A stretch of 64,000 nt of DNA from Sedimentisphaerales bacterium. GTDB lineage: Bacteria > Planctomycetota > Phycisphaerae > Sedimentisphaerales > Anaerobacaceae. Below, one piece after another: positions 21,921 to 31,656 of this stretch (position 1 is its first letter; each line of letters begins with the position of its first letter). A model generated the notes under the pieces. It made no database searches, was not told the DNA's origin, and worked only from the letters and a program-made list of their open reading frames with translations. The stretch lies in contig JAXGYC010000007.1 of NCBI GenBank assembly GCA_040772485.1, positions 1,024,001 through 1,088,000 on the forward strand. Reading direction: 5' to 3'. Position numbers and translations under genes: made by a program.

Positions 21921-22805
21921 ATGCACATAGAAACGCTTAGGATATTCTGTGACTTGGCCGACTCACGGAGCTTCTCGAAGACAGCGGAGAAGCATCTGCT
22001 GAGCCAGTCGGCCGTCTCGCAGCAACTGGCGCAACTGGAACTGGCGCACAAGTGCCAACTGGTTACACGCAAGAGGCGGCCGATCGAACTGACGGCGGCC
22101 GGGCAGCTCTTCTACACGGCAGCCAAAGACATTCTCGAACGGTACGATCTGCTCAAGAGCGAGCTGAACACGCTCAAGACCACCACGGAGACCCGGATCA
22201 ACATAGCCGCCATTTTCAGTATCGGCATGCACAGCCTCCCGGACTACGTCAAGAAGTTCATGGTCAGCTACCCGAACGTCAACGTCCACATCGAATACCT
22301 CAGTGCCGACATCATTTGCGAGCAAATCCTCAGCGGAGAGATCGACATCGGGATCGTGGCGGTGCCGAAGAAGGACAGGCGCCTCGACGTCTACGATTTC
22401 GAGGAGGAGCCCCTGCTGCTGGCCTGTAGCCCGAGGCATCCGCTGGCGAAAGAGACGCAGGTGGATATCCACAAGCTCCAGTTCGAGCGCTTCATCGCCT
22501 TCGAGAAGGCGGTCCCCACCCGTCTGTGGATCGACGCCATCCTGGCCCGGTACAACACGGTGGTCCGTCCCGTCATGGAGTTTGACAACATTGAGACGAT
22601 CAAGCGGGCGGTGGAGATCAACGGAGGGGTCAGCATCCTCCCGGAGCCGACGATCGTGCAGGAGGTCGCCAGCGGGACGATCAAGGCCGTACCGTTCTCG
22701 AATGAACGGTTTGTTCGGCCCACGGGCATCATCGTTCGCAAGGACCGCGTGCTGAGCCAGGCCGCACGCTACTGCATTGAGCTGCTGCGAAAACAGGGAA
22801 AATAG
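21921..22805 (+). CDS. LysR-family transcriptional regulator
   Basis: HTH SFSKTAEKHLLSQSAVSQQLAQLE, then LTAAG and a substrate-binding domain. Confidence 0.95.
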   Translation: MHIETLRIFCDLADSRSFSKTAEKHLLSQSAVSQQLAQLELAHKCQLVTRKRRPIELTAAGQLFYTAAKDILERYDLLKSELNTLKTTTETRINIAAIFSIGMHSLPDYVKKFMVSYPNVNVHIEYLSADIICEQILSGEIDIGIVAVPKKDRRLDVYDFEEEPLLLACSPRHPLAKETQVDIHKLQFERFIAFEKAVPTRLWIDAILARYNTVVRPVMEFDNIETIKRAVEINGGVSILPEPTIVQEVASGTIKAVPFSNERFVRPTGIIVRKDRVLSQAARYCIELLRKQGK

Positions 22806-22999
22806 GCGACCTCGGCGTCCCTTGTGTCCGAATACCCAGGGCACTCTCGGGCGGACAAGGCGACATGGTCGCGTATCAATTCCTTGACAGAAGGTGCAGG
22901 ATACGGCAACGTATGACAGCGTAGGCAAAACTGCACAGAGCGCACGCCGGGGTCTTCTCGGATGTTTTCTCAACTTCGGCGTAAGGGGTCAGCCGGAAT

Positions 23000-23629
23000 A
23001 TGCCGATAAAAGCTGTGGTATTCGACTTGGATGGAACAATCACCCGGCCGTACTTCGATTTCGATGCGATTCGGGAAGAAATCGGGTTGCCCAGGGATAG
23101 TGGACCCATTCTGGAGGCGATGGAACACATGACCGCACAGGAACGTGAGCGTGCCGAGCAGATCCTGCACGATCACGAGGACAGAGCGCTGGCGGCATCG
23201 ACCCTGAACCCCGGCGCATGGGAGACCCTTGCGGCCCTTCGAGCCCGTGGGATTCGCGTCGGAGTCCTGACGCGCAACCGCAAACAAAATGCGCAGGCCA
23301 TCGCCGACAAGCATGACCTGTGTTTCGATTCGGTCGTCGGCCGCGAAGACGGTCCGGTCAAGCCGGATGCGTTCGGCGTTCGCCATCTGTGCCGCCAGTT
23401 CGATGTCCAGCCGGCAGAAACCCTCCTGGTGGGCGACTATCTGTTCGATCTCCAGTGTGCCCGCGCCGCAGGGGCCATACCGGTGCTGATCACCAACCAC
23501 CCCCAGGCGGGCCGCTTTGCCGCCGAGGCTGACTTCCGGATCACGCAGTTGAGCGAAGTGCTCGACATCATCGATGAAAAGGCCCGCTGCGAGAGCAGGC
23601 AAGCCCGAGAGGAAGGTACCCATGTGTAG
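23000..23629 (+). CDS. HAD-family hydrolase
   Basis: FDLDGT, VLTRN, KPD, VGDYLFD motifs. Confidence 0.9.
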   Translation: MPIKAVVFDLDGTITRPYFDFDAIREEIGLPRDSGPILEAMEHMTAQERERAEQILHDHEDRALAASTLNPGAWETLAALRARGIRVGVLTRNRKQNAQAIADKHDLCFDSVVGREDGPVKPDAFGVRHLCRQFDVQPAETLLVGDYLFDLQCARAAGAIPVLITNHPQAGRFAAEADFRITQLSEVLDIIDEKARCESRQAREEGTHV

Positions 23630-24419
23630 AGCGATGATTCTCGCCGCCTTGTTGGGGCTGTCGTCGGCGACGGCATGCCTGGACCCCCAGGCCGGCCAGG
23701 CGGGTCCCTGTCCGGGTCAGGCGGAAGACCCGAACGCGATCCAGGCCGTGCTCGCCGACCTGCAGGACCGGGCCGCCGGCCTGACGTTCTATCAGTCCAA
23801 GTTGGATTATGTGGTCCGACAGCCCGTGCTCGAATCGCAGGCGCGCCGCAAGGGCACCCTCTACTACGCCAGGTTCGATGATCGATCCTACCTGCGAATC
23901 GATTTCAACACGCTTCAGTATGACCAGGAGAAAGAGCAGAAGTACCGCGAGCAGTATCTTTTCGACGGCATCTGGCTGACGTACATCAGTTACGAGGCTC
24001 GAAGCGTTCAGCGGCAACAGATGGCCGAGCCGAACCAGCCGGTCGATGCTTTCGCCCTGGTGAGCCGGCGCGTCCCGATTCTCGGTTTCTCGAAGATCGA
24101 GGACCTTCAGAATCAATTCGACATCGAGCTGGTCCAGCCCGGCGAGACGGACCCGTCCGCGCCGCGACAGCTCCGCATGAAGGTCAAACCCGATTCGGTC
24201 TACAAAGACGACTACGTCACGATCGATTTCCAGATCGACAACAAGCAGGGATTGCCCACGAAGGTGGCGGCCGTCACGACTGAGCAGGATGTTCACGAGA
24301 TCCTGCTGATCGACGCCCGAATCAATCGGGAGATTCGCAGGAACGTATTCGCCATCGAGATTCCGCGCGACTTCTCCGTGGAGACGATCCCACTCGACAA
24401 GAGTCGCGAGCCAAGGTGA
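23622..24419 (+). CDS. exported protein, LolA-like fold suspected
   Basis: Signal peptide, then ..RKGTLYY..LRIDF..YLFDG.WL and C-terminal IN..I...VF pattern reminiscent of LolA-like carriers. Overlaps the HAD stop. Confidence 0.55.
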   Translation: MCRAMILAALLGLSSATACLDPQAGQAGPCPGQAEDPNAIQAVLADLQDRAAGLTFYQSKLDYVVRQPVLESQARRKGTLYYARFDDRSYLRIDFNTLQYDQEKEQKYREQYLFDGIWLTYISYEARSVQRQQMAEPNQPVDAFALVSRRVPILGFSKIEDLQNQFDIELVQPGETDPSAPRQLRMKVKPDSVYKDDYVTIDFQIDNKQGLPTKVAAVTTEQDVHEILLIDARINREIRRNVFAIEIPRDFSVETIPLDKSREPR

Positions 24420-24476
24420 CGGAGGCATGCGGCGTATGTCCGTTTTCACCGCCCATAGAGCCGGGACGTGCAACGA

Positions 24477-26030
24477 ATGAGCGCAACGCTGGTCGACGAA
24501 CGAGAGTTTCTGGCGATGATGCAGACCCGCATGGGGCCGATGCTGAGCCTTCTGCTGTATCTGTCGAAATGCGAGTCTCCGGCCAGCGTGCTGACGCGCC
24601 CGTTCCTGGGCAGCCTGCTGTCGGAAGCCGTTCAACTGGAGGAGGTGCTGGACTCCTACGACGCGGGCAAGAATCGCACGTGGTCTCACGCACGGTCCCT
24701 GACAGCCGCCGTCAAGACCTTCGCCGACGCGAGCTACGAGCTCCTCCATGTCCGGCATCGACTGCCCAACTACAGGCTGCTGCCGGTGCAACGCGATTTC
24801 GTGACAGCCACCGACGATGTCCTGGGGTTCCTCGGGCACATCCTCAGCAATGTCGCGCGGGAGATGGTGGTCGAGGCCGGCGTTCTCGGGCTGACCATAC
24901 CTCAGGGGGATGACGTCCCCCGGAAGTACGCCGAGCCAATGCTCAAGGGCCATCTGCCCCACGACGGCGGAACGCGCCTGGCCGAGACCGGGTCCGACCT
25001 GGTGGCCGAAACGGTGACCACCCTGGCCACGGAGTTCCTGAACCTGGCCTCCAGCAGCGAAGACGTACGCGCCGCCAGTCGGGCCAGGCCCGAGGACTAC
25101 GACCTGTGCCTGACCGCGTCTCTGCGAGAGGAATCCCTGCGCAACCTTGAACTACGATTCCACAATCTCCAGTCCCAGTACGACACCTACGTATCCGGCA
25201 CGCAGGTCGAGAGCCAGGACACGGACCTGCCCGTGCTGCGCGGCCAGGCCAGCGTGGTCTTTCACCTGCTCAAGATCGCCACGCTGTTCGCCCATTTCTA
25301 CGAGCGTCACGTCAACAAATCTCCCGCCCCCTCCCCTGAGGCCGGCAAGCCTCTGGTGGAACGTCAAGAGCTGTTGTACTCCCTAATGAAGTACGCCATC
25401 ACGTTCATCGATCAGTACATCGGCTGTACGATCAGTCTCTGTCAGGAGATGCTGAAACGATATGCCGAGGAAGGGCAGGTCGAGGTGTCCATTCCCAAGT
25501 ACCGCGGATTCCACGTCCGCCCCTCGACCCTGGTCTCCAAACTGGTCCTTCACTACGGCAGCCGAGTCCGCATGCACCTGGGTGACGAGACATACGACGC
25601 CGGCTCGTCGCTCGACCTGTTCCGCGCCAACGAGCAGATCAACGCACAGAAGCGCCGGTGGTTGGCGCAGGAAATCGTCCGCCTGGGCCTCGTGCCCGAG
25701 AACGCGAATCCGCCGGACGTGGTCGGCCTCGTGCGCAACGTGATCCTGACGCTGGCGGCCAAGGGCAAGTTGATCCTGTACGAACAGCCCCTGCAATTGC
25801 CGGACCGGCTGTGCCCCACCGAAGGGACCGCCCTGGAGAAGGTGACCGGCGAGACGGGGCGGCTGCTGGCAATGGGTAAAATCGACATCGGCACGGACAT
25901 CACCGCCACGTTCACGGGGGACAAGCGTGTCCTGGAAGACATCCGTCTTCTGGCCCAGCACGGCTACGGCGAAGACAGCTTCGGCAACAACATCGCCCTG
26001 CCGGACAAGCTGGCCTACCTGAGACGTTGA
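24477..26030 (+). CDS. large protein with a C-terminal HPr-like phosphocarrier domain
   Basis: RGFHVRPS (His15-like) followed by DAGSSLDL (Ser46-like region). The ~330-aa N-terminus is unrecognised. Confidence 0.75.
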   Translation: MSATLVDEREFLAMMQTRMGPMLSLLLYLSKCESPASVLTRPFLGSLLSEAVQLEEVLDSYDAGKNRTWSHARSLTAAVKTFADASYELLHVRHRLPNYRLLPVQRDFVTATDDVLGFLGHILSNVAREMVVEAGVLGLTIPQGDDVPRKYAEPMLKGHLPHDGGTRLAETGSDLVAETVTTLATEFLNLASSSEDVRAASRARPEDYDLCLTASLREESLRNLELRFHNLQSQYDTYVSGTQVESQDTDLPVLRGQASVVFHLLKIATLFAHFYERHVNKSPAPSPEAGKPLVERQELLYSLMKYAITFIDQYIGCTISLCQEMLKRYAEEGQVEVSIPKYRGFHVRPSTLVSKLVLHYGSRVRMHLGDETYDAGSSLDLFRANEQINAQKRRWLAQEIVRLGLVPENANPPDVVGLVRNVILTLAAKGKLILYEQPLQLPDRLCPTEGTALEKVTGETGRLLAMGKIDIGTDITATFTGDKRVLEDIRLLAQHGYGEDSFGNNIALPDKLAYLRR

Positions 26031-26228
26031 CGCGCCTCGGCGTCGAACGGCCTGTCCGGCGAATTTCCTCTATGACCGCCGTCTTGACGGAAAGGGTCTT
26101 TGACGTTTTCATATCGGACGCGCATGCCCGGCGGACCGCTGGACCGAGTCGGCCGGGCATGGCAGGGCAGAGAAATCGCCTGTGGGCAGGACGCACGCAG
26201 GCAAGCACTCGTGACGAAAGGAGCATAC

Positions 26229-26705
26229 ATGGCACGTGGAATCGTGATCTACCACTCCAGAAGCGGCAACACGAAGGAAATGGCCGAGACCATCGCCCGC
26301 GCGATGACCGCATCGGGGGTGCAGACCGAATGCAAGTCGGTCGACAACGTTCATCCTGACGACCTGCCCCAGTATGATGCCATCGTCATTGGCTCGCCCT
26401 GCTACTACGGGCAGATGGCCGCCTCAGTCAAACAGCTCATCGACGATCTGGTCGGGCGCCACGGCCAACTGAACGGCAAGGTCGGCGCCGCCTTCGCCAG
26501 TTCGGCCAATATCGGTGGCGGCAGCGAGACCACCATCATGGGAATCCTCGAGGCCATGCTGATCGCCGGCATGGTCATCCAGGGCGATCCTCAGGGATCC
26601 CACTACGGTCCCCTGTCCATCGGCCGACCCGACGACAAGGTCAAACAGCAGTGCGAACGCCGCGGTCAGAGGGTGGCCGAGCTGGCCAAACGCCTGTTTC
26701 CCTGA
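26229..26705 (+). CDS. flavodoxin-like / WrbA-type NAD(P)H oxidoreductase
   Basis: YHSRSGNT, IGSPCYYG, GKVGAAF, GGG.ETT. SD AAAGGAG. Confidence 0.88.
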   Translation: MARGIVIYHSRSGNTKEMAETIARAMTASGVQTECKSVDNVHPDDLPQYDAIVIGSPCYYGQMAASVKQLIDDLVGRHGQLNGKVGAAFASSANIGGGSETTIMGILEAMLIAGMVIQGDPQGSHYGPLSIGRPDDKVKQQCERRGQRVAELAKRLFP

Positions 26706-26759
26706 CCGGCGACCGCCGGGCCGGAATCCCGGTTTTTTGAGCGAGGAGGCCATTTTTCT

Positions 26760-26788
26760 TTGACAAAGGACCGCCCGCTCATTAGATT
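26760..26788 (+). promoter_or_regulatory. strong sigma70-type promoter for the Hc1-like gene
   Basis: TTGACA-N17-TAGATT. Confidence 0.7.
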
Positions 26789-26825
26789 CTTCGCAACCTC
26801 AACCTACTCTTGGAGGATCACATAG

Positions 26826-26999
26826 ATGCAAGAATACGAAACGCTCAAGACGTTGGTCGCAGAAATCGAAATGGATGTCGACAAGGCCCAGGGGGGAAAC
26901 AAGGCAGCCGGAACACGCGTTCGCAAACAGATGCAGATGATCAAGCAGGCAGCCCAGGAAGTCCGCAACCGCGTCCTGGAGATCCGGTCGACCGACTGA
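26826..26999 (+). CDS. 57-aa histone H1-like (Hc1 N-terminal domain) protein; not in ORF track
   Basis: Manual translation MQEYETLKTLVAEIEMDVDKAQGGNKAAGTRVRKQMQMIKQAAQEVRNRVLEIRSTD with the GNKAAGTRVRK motif. SD GGAGG and its own promoter. Confidence 0.88.
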   Translation: MQEYETLKTLVAEIEMDVDKAQGGNKAAGTRVRKQMQMIKQAAQEVRNRVLEIRSTD

Positions 27000-27132
27000 G
27001 GCGACGCCTGCCCCGGCCGTCAAGTCAACATAAACACTTGGCTTCAAATAGCTTACGACTCCCACGTCGTCGGTCGGGGCATGACCTGTAGCGACGCAGC
27101 GGGTCAGTGCCCTTTCTATATCGAGGTCTGCG

Positions 27133-27612
27133 ATGCCGCCATCCCTGCTTTTTGACCTGTCCGAACTCGACCTCAACGGCCGGCCGGTGTTCGACAAGGA
27201 AGCCATCTGCCGGGTCAATCCCCAGCAGTACGAGATGCAGCATCTCGACGGCATCCTCTGGTACGACAAGAGCAAGGGCTGCATCCTGGGGTACAAGGAC
27301 GTAACACGGAATGAATTCTGGGTTCGCGGCCACATTCCCGGCCGGCCCCTGATGCCCGGCGTGATTCAGATCGAGTCGGCCGCCCAGTTGCTCAGCTTCT
27401 TCGTCAAGGAGATCTACCAGGAGGGAGGCTTCGTCGGCTTCGGCGGAATCGAGCGGGCCAAATTCCGTGCGGTCATCGAGCCGGAATGCCGACTCTACCT
27501 GCTCGGGCATATCACCTCCGCTCGCCCGGGCCGTAAGTACGTCTGCGACGTCCAGGGAGTCGTTGGAGACACGCTGGCCTTCGAAGCGACCATCTCAGGC
27601 ATGCACGTGTAG
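27133..27612 (+). CDS. FabA/FabZ-family 3-hydroxyacyl-ACP dehydratase
   Basis: EFWVRGHIPGRPLMPGVIQIESAAQ hot-dog fold motif. Confidence 0.88.
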   Translation: MPPSLLFDLSELDLNGRPVFDKEAICRVNPQQYEMQHLDGILWYDKSKGCILGYKDVTRNEFWVRGHIPGRPLMPGVIQIESAAQLLSFFVKEIYQEGGFVGFGGIERAKFRAVIEPECRLYLLGHITSARPGRKYVCDVQGVVGDTLAFEATISGMHV

Positions 27613-27663
27613 CCGCCCGCCCCATCTCTCTGTCCACGAGGAGATCCGCTGCCCTCGTGCAAC

Positions 27664-29484
27664 TCACTTCTGTACTGTGACCTGATCGAACAAGATGCCG
27701 TTCTGGTCGATCGCCTGGAGGTGGAGCGTCTTGCCGAAGACGTTGACCAGCACGAAATGATGGTCGCGACGGACCTTGGCGGTAAACCACGACCGAGTGG
27801 GCGCGTAGTCTTCAAGCCCGCCGCCGGCGCCGCCCATCTGGACGTAGATCACGCCGCGATCCGGATCAACCTTGTCGTCTCGGATGGGCCAGGTGCGTTC
27901 GTAGTCGTGGATGTGGCCGAAGAAGCAGATATCCACCCCGAATCGCTCATAGAGTTCGACCAGAGGCCGCAATCGCAGATCGCCGCGAGGGGATGACTTG
28001 CCCTTCCAGGTGTCGCCGTAGTCATTTTCGTCGGAGGTGTACGGCGAATGGTGATGCACTGTGAACTTCCACGTCGCCGTGCTCCCGGCCAGCTCCTGTT
28101 CGAGCCACTTGTACTGCTCGCTGTCGGGAGCGACGCTGCGATTTGTGTCGATCATGGAGAACTGGGCGTTGCCATAGACGAAGCTGTAGCGATGCTCGGG
28201 AGCCGGATTGCCGATGTAGCGATAGTAATTCGCGTCGTCCTGGTCGTGGTTGCCGAGAATGGCGAAGATCGGCACACGGCTCATCAGCCCATGCGCGGGC
28301 TTGAGGAATTCGTCCGTCCACTCGTGCCTTCTCGATCCGTTGCCTACGATGTCGCCGGAGTGGATCACGAAGCTGGGCCGCTCCCCGAAGACGAGCTGCG
28401 AGATCCGGCCCCAGACGGGCGGGTTGTTCTGCGTATCGCTGACGCCGGCGAAGGCGAAGGCCGCCCCCTCCTCCACAGCCGTCTGGAAGGTGTACAGGTC
28501 GCTGAGCGATTCAGCGCCATCCGGCCCGACGGAGACCACTCGATAGAAGTAATTCGTCTGCGGCTTGAGGTTCTCCAGCCGCACCTCGTGCAGATCGCAG
28601 TCGCCCGCCCCGGAGGCGGAACCCGTCAGCGGCGTCTGCTCGCCGAACTCCACCACCGACGTGGCCTTCTGGGACGTCTCCCACAGGATCGTGATCCCCG
28701 TCTTCGTCGCGTACTGCAGATACGGCCCCACGCTGATGATCGACGGAATCTCAACCTCAGCGGGCAGCTCCGTCGAGGCCTTCGCGCCTTCGAAACGGGA
28801 CTTCACCTGGCCCGCATCCAAAGCCTCGCGGTAGACCGCGATCCCCCGGAGGCTGCCAATCATCCCGTTGAATTCGTTGTCGTCGCGATAGGCTCCGATC
28901 GTGTACCAGGCGTGTGACGGGTAGAGTATCTTGCCCTGCTGCACGGTCGATCCGTTGGCCAACTGCCCGTTGACGAAGAGCCTCTGGACCTTGCCGTCGT
29001 ACGTGCCGACCAAGTGGTACCACCTGCCGGCCTCGAGCGGCCGCTCGGTCTGGAGATAGGTCAATGTCTTGGCGCCTTCGCTGGCCAGGGCGAAAAAGGG
29101 CCGTCCGCGTCGAGCGCCAAGCACCCAGCCCCGTTCGTAATCGCCGTTGTCCTGAAACGCACCGATCACACCCATGTAGTCGCCGAACTGCCGAAAGCGA
29201 ACGACCGCTTCGACACTGATTCGTTCGGCGGGCAGACTCGGACCATCGGGATAGCGGCCCAGATGCACGACGCCGGAAACGCCATCGAGTTCGAGGTACT
29301 CGCCGACCTGGTCCTTGAAGAAGCGCGCCCGGCCTTCCAGCCGTCCGTGAGCGCCGCCGATCTGATCGGCGACGACACCGTCCTTGAGGTCTGCCTTGGT
29401 GAACTGCCACTGGTTCACCTGCGCTCCGGCGGTCACACACAAAAGAAGGCCCCAAACGATGGCATAACGGCATGTCGAGCTCAT
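27664..29484 (-). CDS. secreted LamG + FN3 + purple-acid-phosphatase-like metallophosphoesterase
   Basis: Signal peptide, LamG (WYHLVGTYDG..LFVNG), SDTQ, GDIV, GNHD, GHIH motifs. Confidence 0.87.
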   Translation of the reverse strand: MSSTCRYAIVWGLLLCVTAGAQVNQWQFTKADLKDGVVADQIGGAHGRLEGRARFFKDQVGEYLELDGVSGVVHLGRYPDGPSLPAERISVEAVVRFRQFGDYMGVIGAFQDNGDYERGWVLGARRGRPFFALASEGAKTLTYLQTERPLEAGRWYHLVGTYDGKVQRLFVNGQLANGSTVQQGKILYPSHAWYTIGAYRDDNEFNGMIGSLRGIAVYREALDAGQVKSRFEGAKASTELPAEVEIPSIISVGPYLQYATKTGITILWETSQKATSVVEFGEQTPLTGSASGAGDCDLHEVRLENLKPQTNYFYRVVSVGPDGAESLSDLYTFQTAVEEGAAFAFAGVSDTQNNPPVWGRISQLVFGERPSFVIHSGDIVGNGSRRHEWTDEFLKPAHGLMSRVPIFAILGNHDQDDANYYRYIGNPAPEHRYSFVYGNAQFSMIDTNRSVAPDSEQYKWLEQELAGSTATWKFTVHHHSPYTSDENDYGDTWKGKSSPRGDLRLRPLVELYERFGVDICFFGHIHDYERTWPIRDDKVDPDRGVIYVQMGGAGGGLEDYAPTRSWFTAKVRRDHHFVLVNVFGKTLHLQAIDQNGILFDQVTVQK

Positions 29485-29560
29485 GGTCGTCTCCACGGTG
29501 AATAGACAGCGTCCCAAATGACAGACCCAAGGGTAGTCGATGCAAAGAACCGGGGAGGGG

Positions 29561-29995
29561 TCACGGCGCCATATGGATCGACTGGATGTCCGCTCTGGGG
29601 ATTTCCAGCTTCTTGAAACTGCCCGAGGTCGGGTAAGCCTTGCGAACGGTCAGACCTTCGGGTGAAACGCCGTCAAGCTCGCCCTGATAGAAGGTGACCT
29701 GCCCGACCATCCGCACCATGCCCGGCGGAGGCGGAGGCGGAGCGATCTGAACGCCTCCCTCCGGCGTTCGGACTTCCACGAGACACTGCTTGCCCACATC
29801 GGACGACTTGACTTTGGCAAGGGCGACCGGCTGCATCCCCTGAGCCAGGGCCTTCCGAGCCGCGGCGAGCTGTTCGGCGCTGACCGGCGCCGGGCCCCCA
29901 CTCTTCTCTTCGCCGACGTCTTTCTTCCCACAGCCCGACCAAACCAGAAGCAAGAACAGAAATGCGACACAGACCAGGCAGTGTCTTCTCTTCAT
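29561..29995 (-). CDS. putative lipoprotein, unknown function
   Basis: Lipobox-like WSGC after a hydrophobic stretch, and a Pro6 tract. Lies in an apparent operon with both neighbours. Confidence 0.65.
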   Translation of the reverse strand: MKRRHCLVCVAFLFLLLVWSGCGKKDVGEEKSGGPAPVSAEQLAAARKALAQGMQPVALAKVKSSDVGKQCLVEVRTPEGGVQIAPPPPPPGMVRMVGQVTFYQGELDGVSPEGLTVRKAYPTSGSFKKLEIPRADIQSIHMAP

Positions 29996-30031
29996 CGAGA
30001 CGGTCCTTTCGTGGATAGATGCACGGGTCGC

Positions 30032-30790
30032 CTACATGCTCGCTTCCGGGCGCTTCCCGTCGTACCAGTAGGTTGGGACATCCTCCCCCGTCGTCTCTTT
30101 GATCCCGCTGACGTGACCGTCCAGCCAGCAGGTATTGGAGACCTTTGAATGGCGGAAGCACTCCCGTATAGTGTCATGTCCCTGCCAATAGCTGCTCACG
30201 AGGGAACTGCCAGGACGCCATTGCGTCAGGTTGATGCTGGCGCCGGGTCCGATACAGAACATATCTGAATCGATGCCGTCGAGCTTCTGCTCAATGTGGT
30301 CCTGGAAGACGATAACCTCATTGTGCCTCTTGAAGTCGGAGTTGATCTTCTTGTTCGCGATGTAGCCGTTCAAGCCGAAGGAGCAATACCGGAAGTACTC
30401 CTGGTACAGCACGCCCCAACCTTCCTCCGGCCAATCGTCATTCCGTATCGTATCCGGACAGCGGAACACCTTCTTGTTCTTGACATAGGGTTTGTAGGCG
30501 ATGCCCCAGTAGGCCCACGTGTCGTCCAGCGTGTAGTCCTGCACGACAGACGGATTCTCCCAGGCGTTGTCCCACAGTCCTCGATTGGGCGTCGAATGGG
30601 TTTTCCCGTCGTAGTCCTCCAGGTACATGTGCAGAGCCAGAACGAGCCCCTTGACGTTGGACCGGCAGACGACGCCTCGGGCCTGGTCCCGCGCCTTCTT
30701 CAGAGACGGGATCAGAATCCCCATCAAAAGCGCAATGATCGCGATCACCACCAGCAGCTCAATCAGCGTGAAACCTTTTCGCCCTCTCAT
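30032..30790 (-). CDS. prepilin-type N-methylation / H-X9-DG domain protein (planctomycete pilin-like)
   Basis: [17 protein letters not shown] at the N-terminus and [15 protein letters not shown] at the C-terminus. Confidence 0.9.
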   Translation of the reverse strand: MRGRKGFTLIELLVVIAIIALLMGILIPSLKKARDQARGVVCRSNVKGLVLALHMYLEDYDGKTHSTPNRGLWDNAWENPSVVQDYTLDDTWAYWGIAYKPYVKNKKVFRCPDTIRNDDWPEEGWGVLYQEYFRYCSFGLNGYIANKKINSDFKRHNEVIVFQDHIEQKLDGIDSDMFCIGPGASINLTQWRPGSSLVSSYWQGHDTIRECFRHSKVSNTCWLDGHVSGIKETTGEDVPTYWYDGKRPEASM

Positions 30791-31113
30791 ATGTCTGCCC
30801 TTTACACGATGCCCTCATTGTCCTTGTTTCATCGACACCGGGCAAGTTAGCCGGGGAACCTTCGGACCGTGCGAGAGTTACGCTAATTCCGCATTAGATC
30901 GAGAGAAGTCGCTGTAAGGCTGTTGCCGATTCATAGTCACCCGTTCACCGCATCGGCCATGCGTTTGTACTGGCGTCGCAAGACGCCACATTCTGCGAAC
31001 CCTGCACCCCTCCGGGCACATTGCAGACGGTCGTTCTGACGCCTGACGCCATCCGAATGTCATTGTAACGCTCCGGCCCCGGCTGAGGCAACAGCAATCC
31101 CTACCCGTTTTGA

Positions 31114-31514
31114 AAGGCTACCGAGGGCGGCTTCGTGCCGGACGCCGCCGCGCGTGCGGCCGATGTCCCCAGGGGCCGGCCCGCCCCGTGGATGGTCTTC
31201 CGCCTGATGGAGACGCTCGGTATCTGTCCTCTGGCAGCGGTCGTCAAGGTCGGCGACACCGTCGCCGACGTCGAGGACGGCCTCAACGCAGGCGTCTGGA
31301 CTGTCGGTGCCACGTGGACAGGGAACCTGATCGGCCTGACGCAGGCGGAGCTCGGTGCGCTGGATCGAAGGGACCTGGAGCGGCGAATCCAAGCAGCGGA
31401 GCAGACCCTTCTGGAGGCCGGCGCCCACTATGTGACCGAGTCGTTTCCGACCTGCCTGCGGTCATCAGAAACATCGAGGAACAGCTACGGTACGGTGCCG
31501 TGGGCAACTCCTGA
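31114..31514 (+). pseudogene. phnX: phosphonoacetaldehyde hydrolase remnant (C-terminal half, frameshifted)
   Basis: GRPAPWM..VKVGDT..D..GLNAG.WTVG...GAHYV, then the homology continues in another frame (VSDLPAVI..IE..L). An in-frame TGA at 31111 precedes it and the N-terminal half is absent. Confidence 0.82.
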
Positions 31515-31574
31515 GGACACAACCGCCCCGGACGCAGCCAAAACTCACGCAACCGCCAAACCGCCCACTCCAAA

Positions 31575-31649
31575 TAGCCCCAAGGGGATTCGAACCCCTG
31601 TCGCCGGGTTGAAAACCCGGTGTCCTAGGCCTGCCTAGACGATGGGGCC
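31575..31649 (-). tRNA. tRNA-Glu(TTC), CCA not encoded
   Basis: GGCCCCATCGTCTAGGCAGGCCTAGGACACCGGGTTTTCAACCCGGCGACAGGGGTTCGAATCCCCTTGGGGCTA folds as a cloverleaf. Anticodon stem CCGGG/CCCGG, loop TT-TTC-AA. Confidence 0.95.
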
Positions 31650-31656
31650 AACCGTG

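Noticed and set aside
22880..22999. GGCAAAAC segment and hairpin upstream of the HAD gene as a c-di-GMP-I riboswitch
   Set aside because: The GAAA tetraloop stem and GACGCAAA elements are absent.
30840..30920. Possible Pho box upstream of the pilin/phosphoesterase cassette
   Set aside because: Only a short palindrome CTAAT-N5-ATTAG and weak 11-bp repeats are present, which is not convincing.
27613..31575. Possible integrative island at the tRNA-Glu 3' end
   Set aside because: I saw no integrase, no duplicated tRNA 3' end at the far boundary and no obvious compositional shift.
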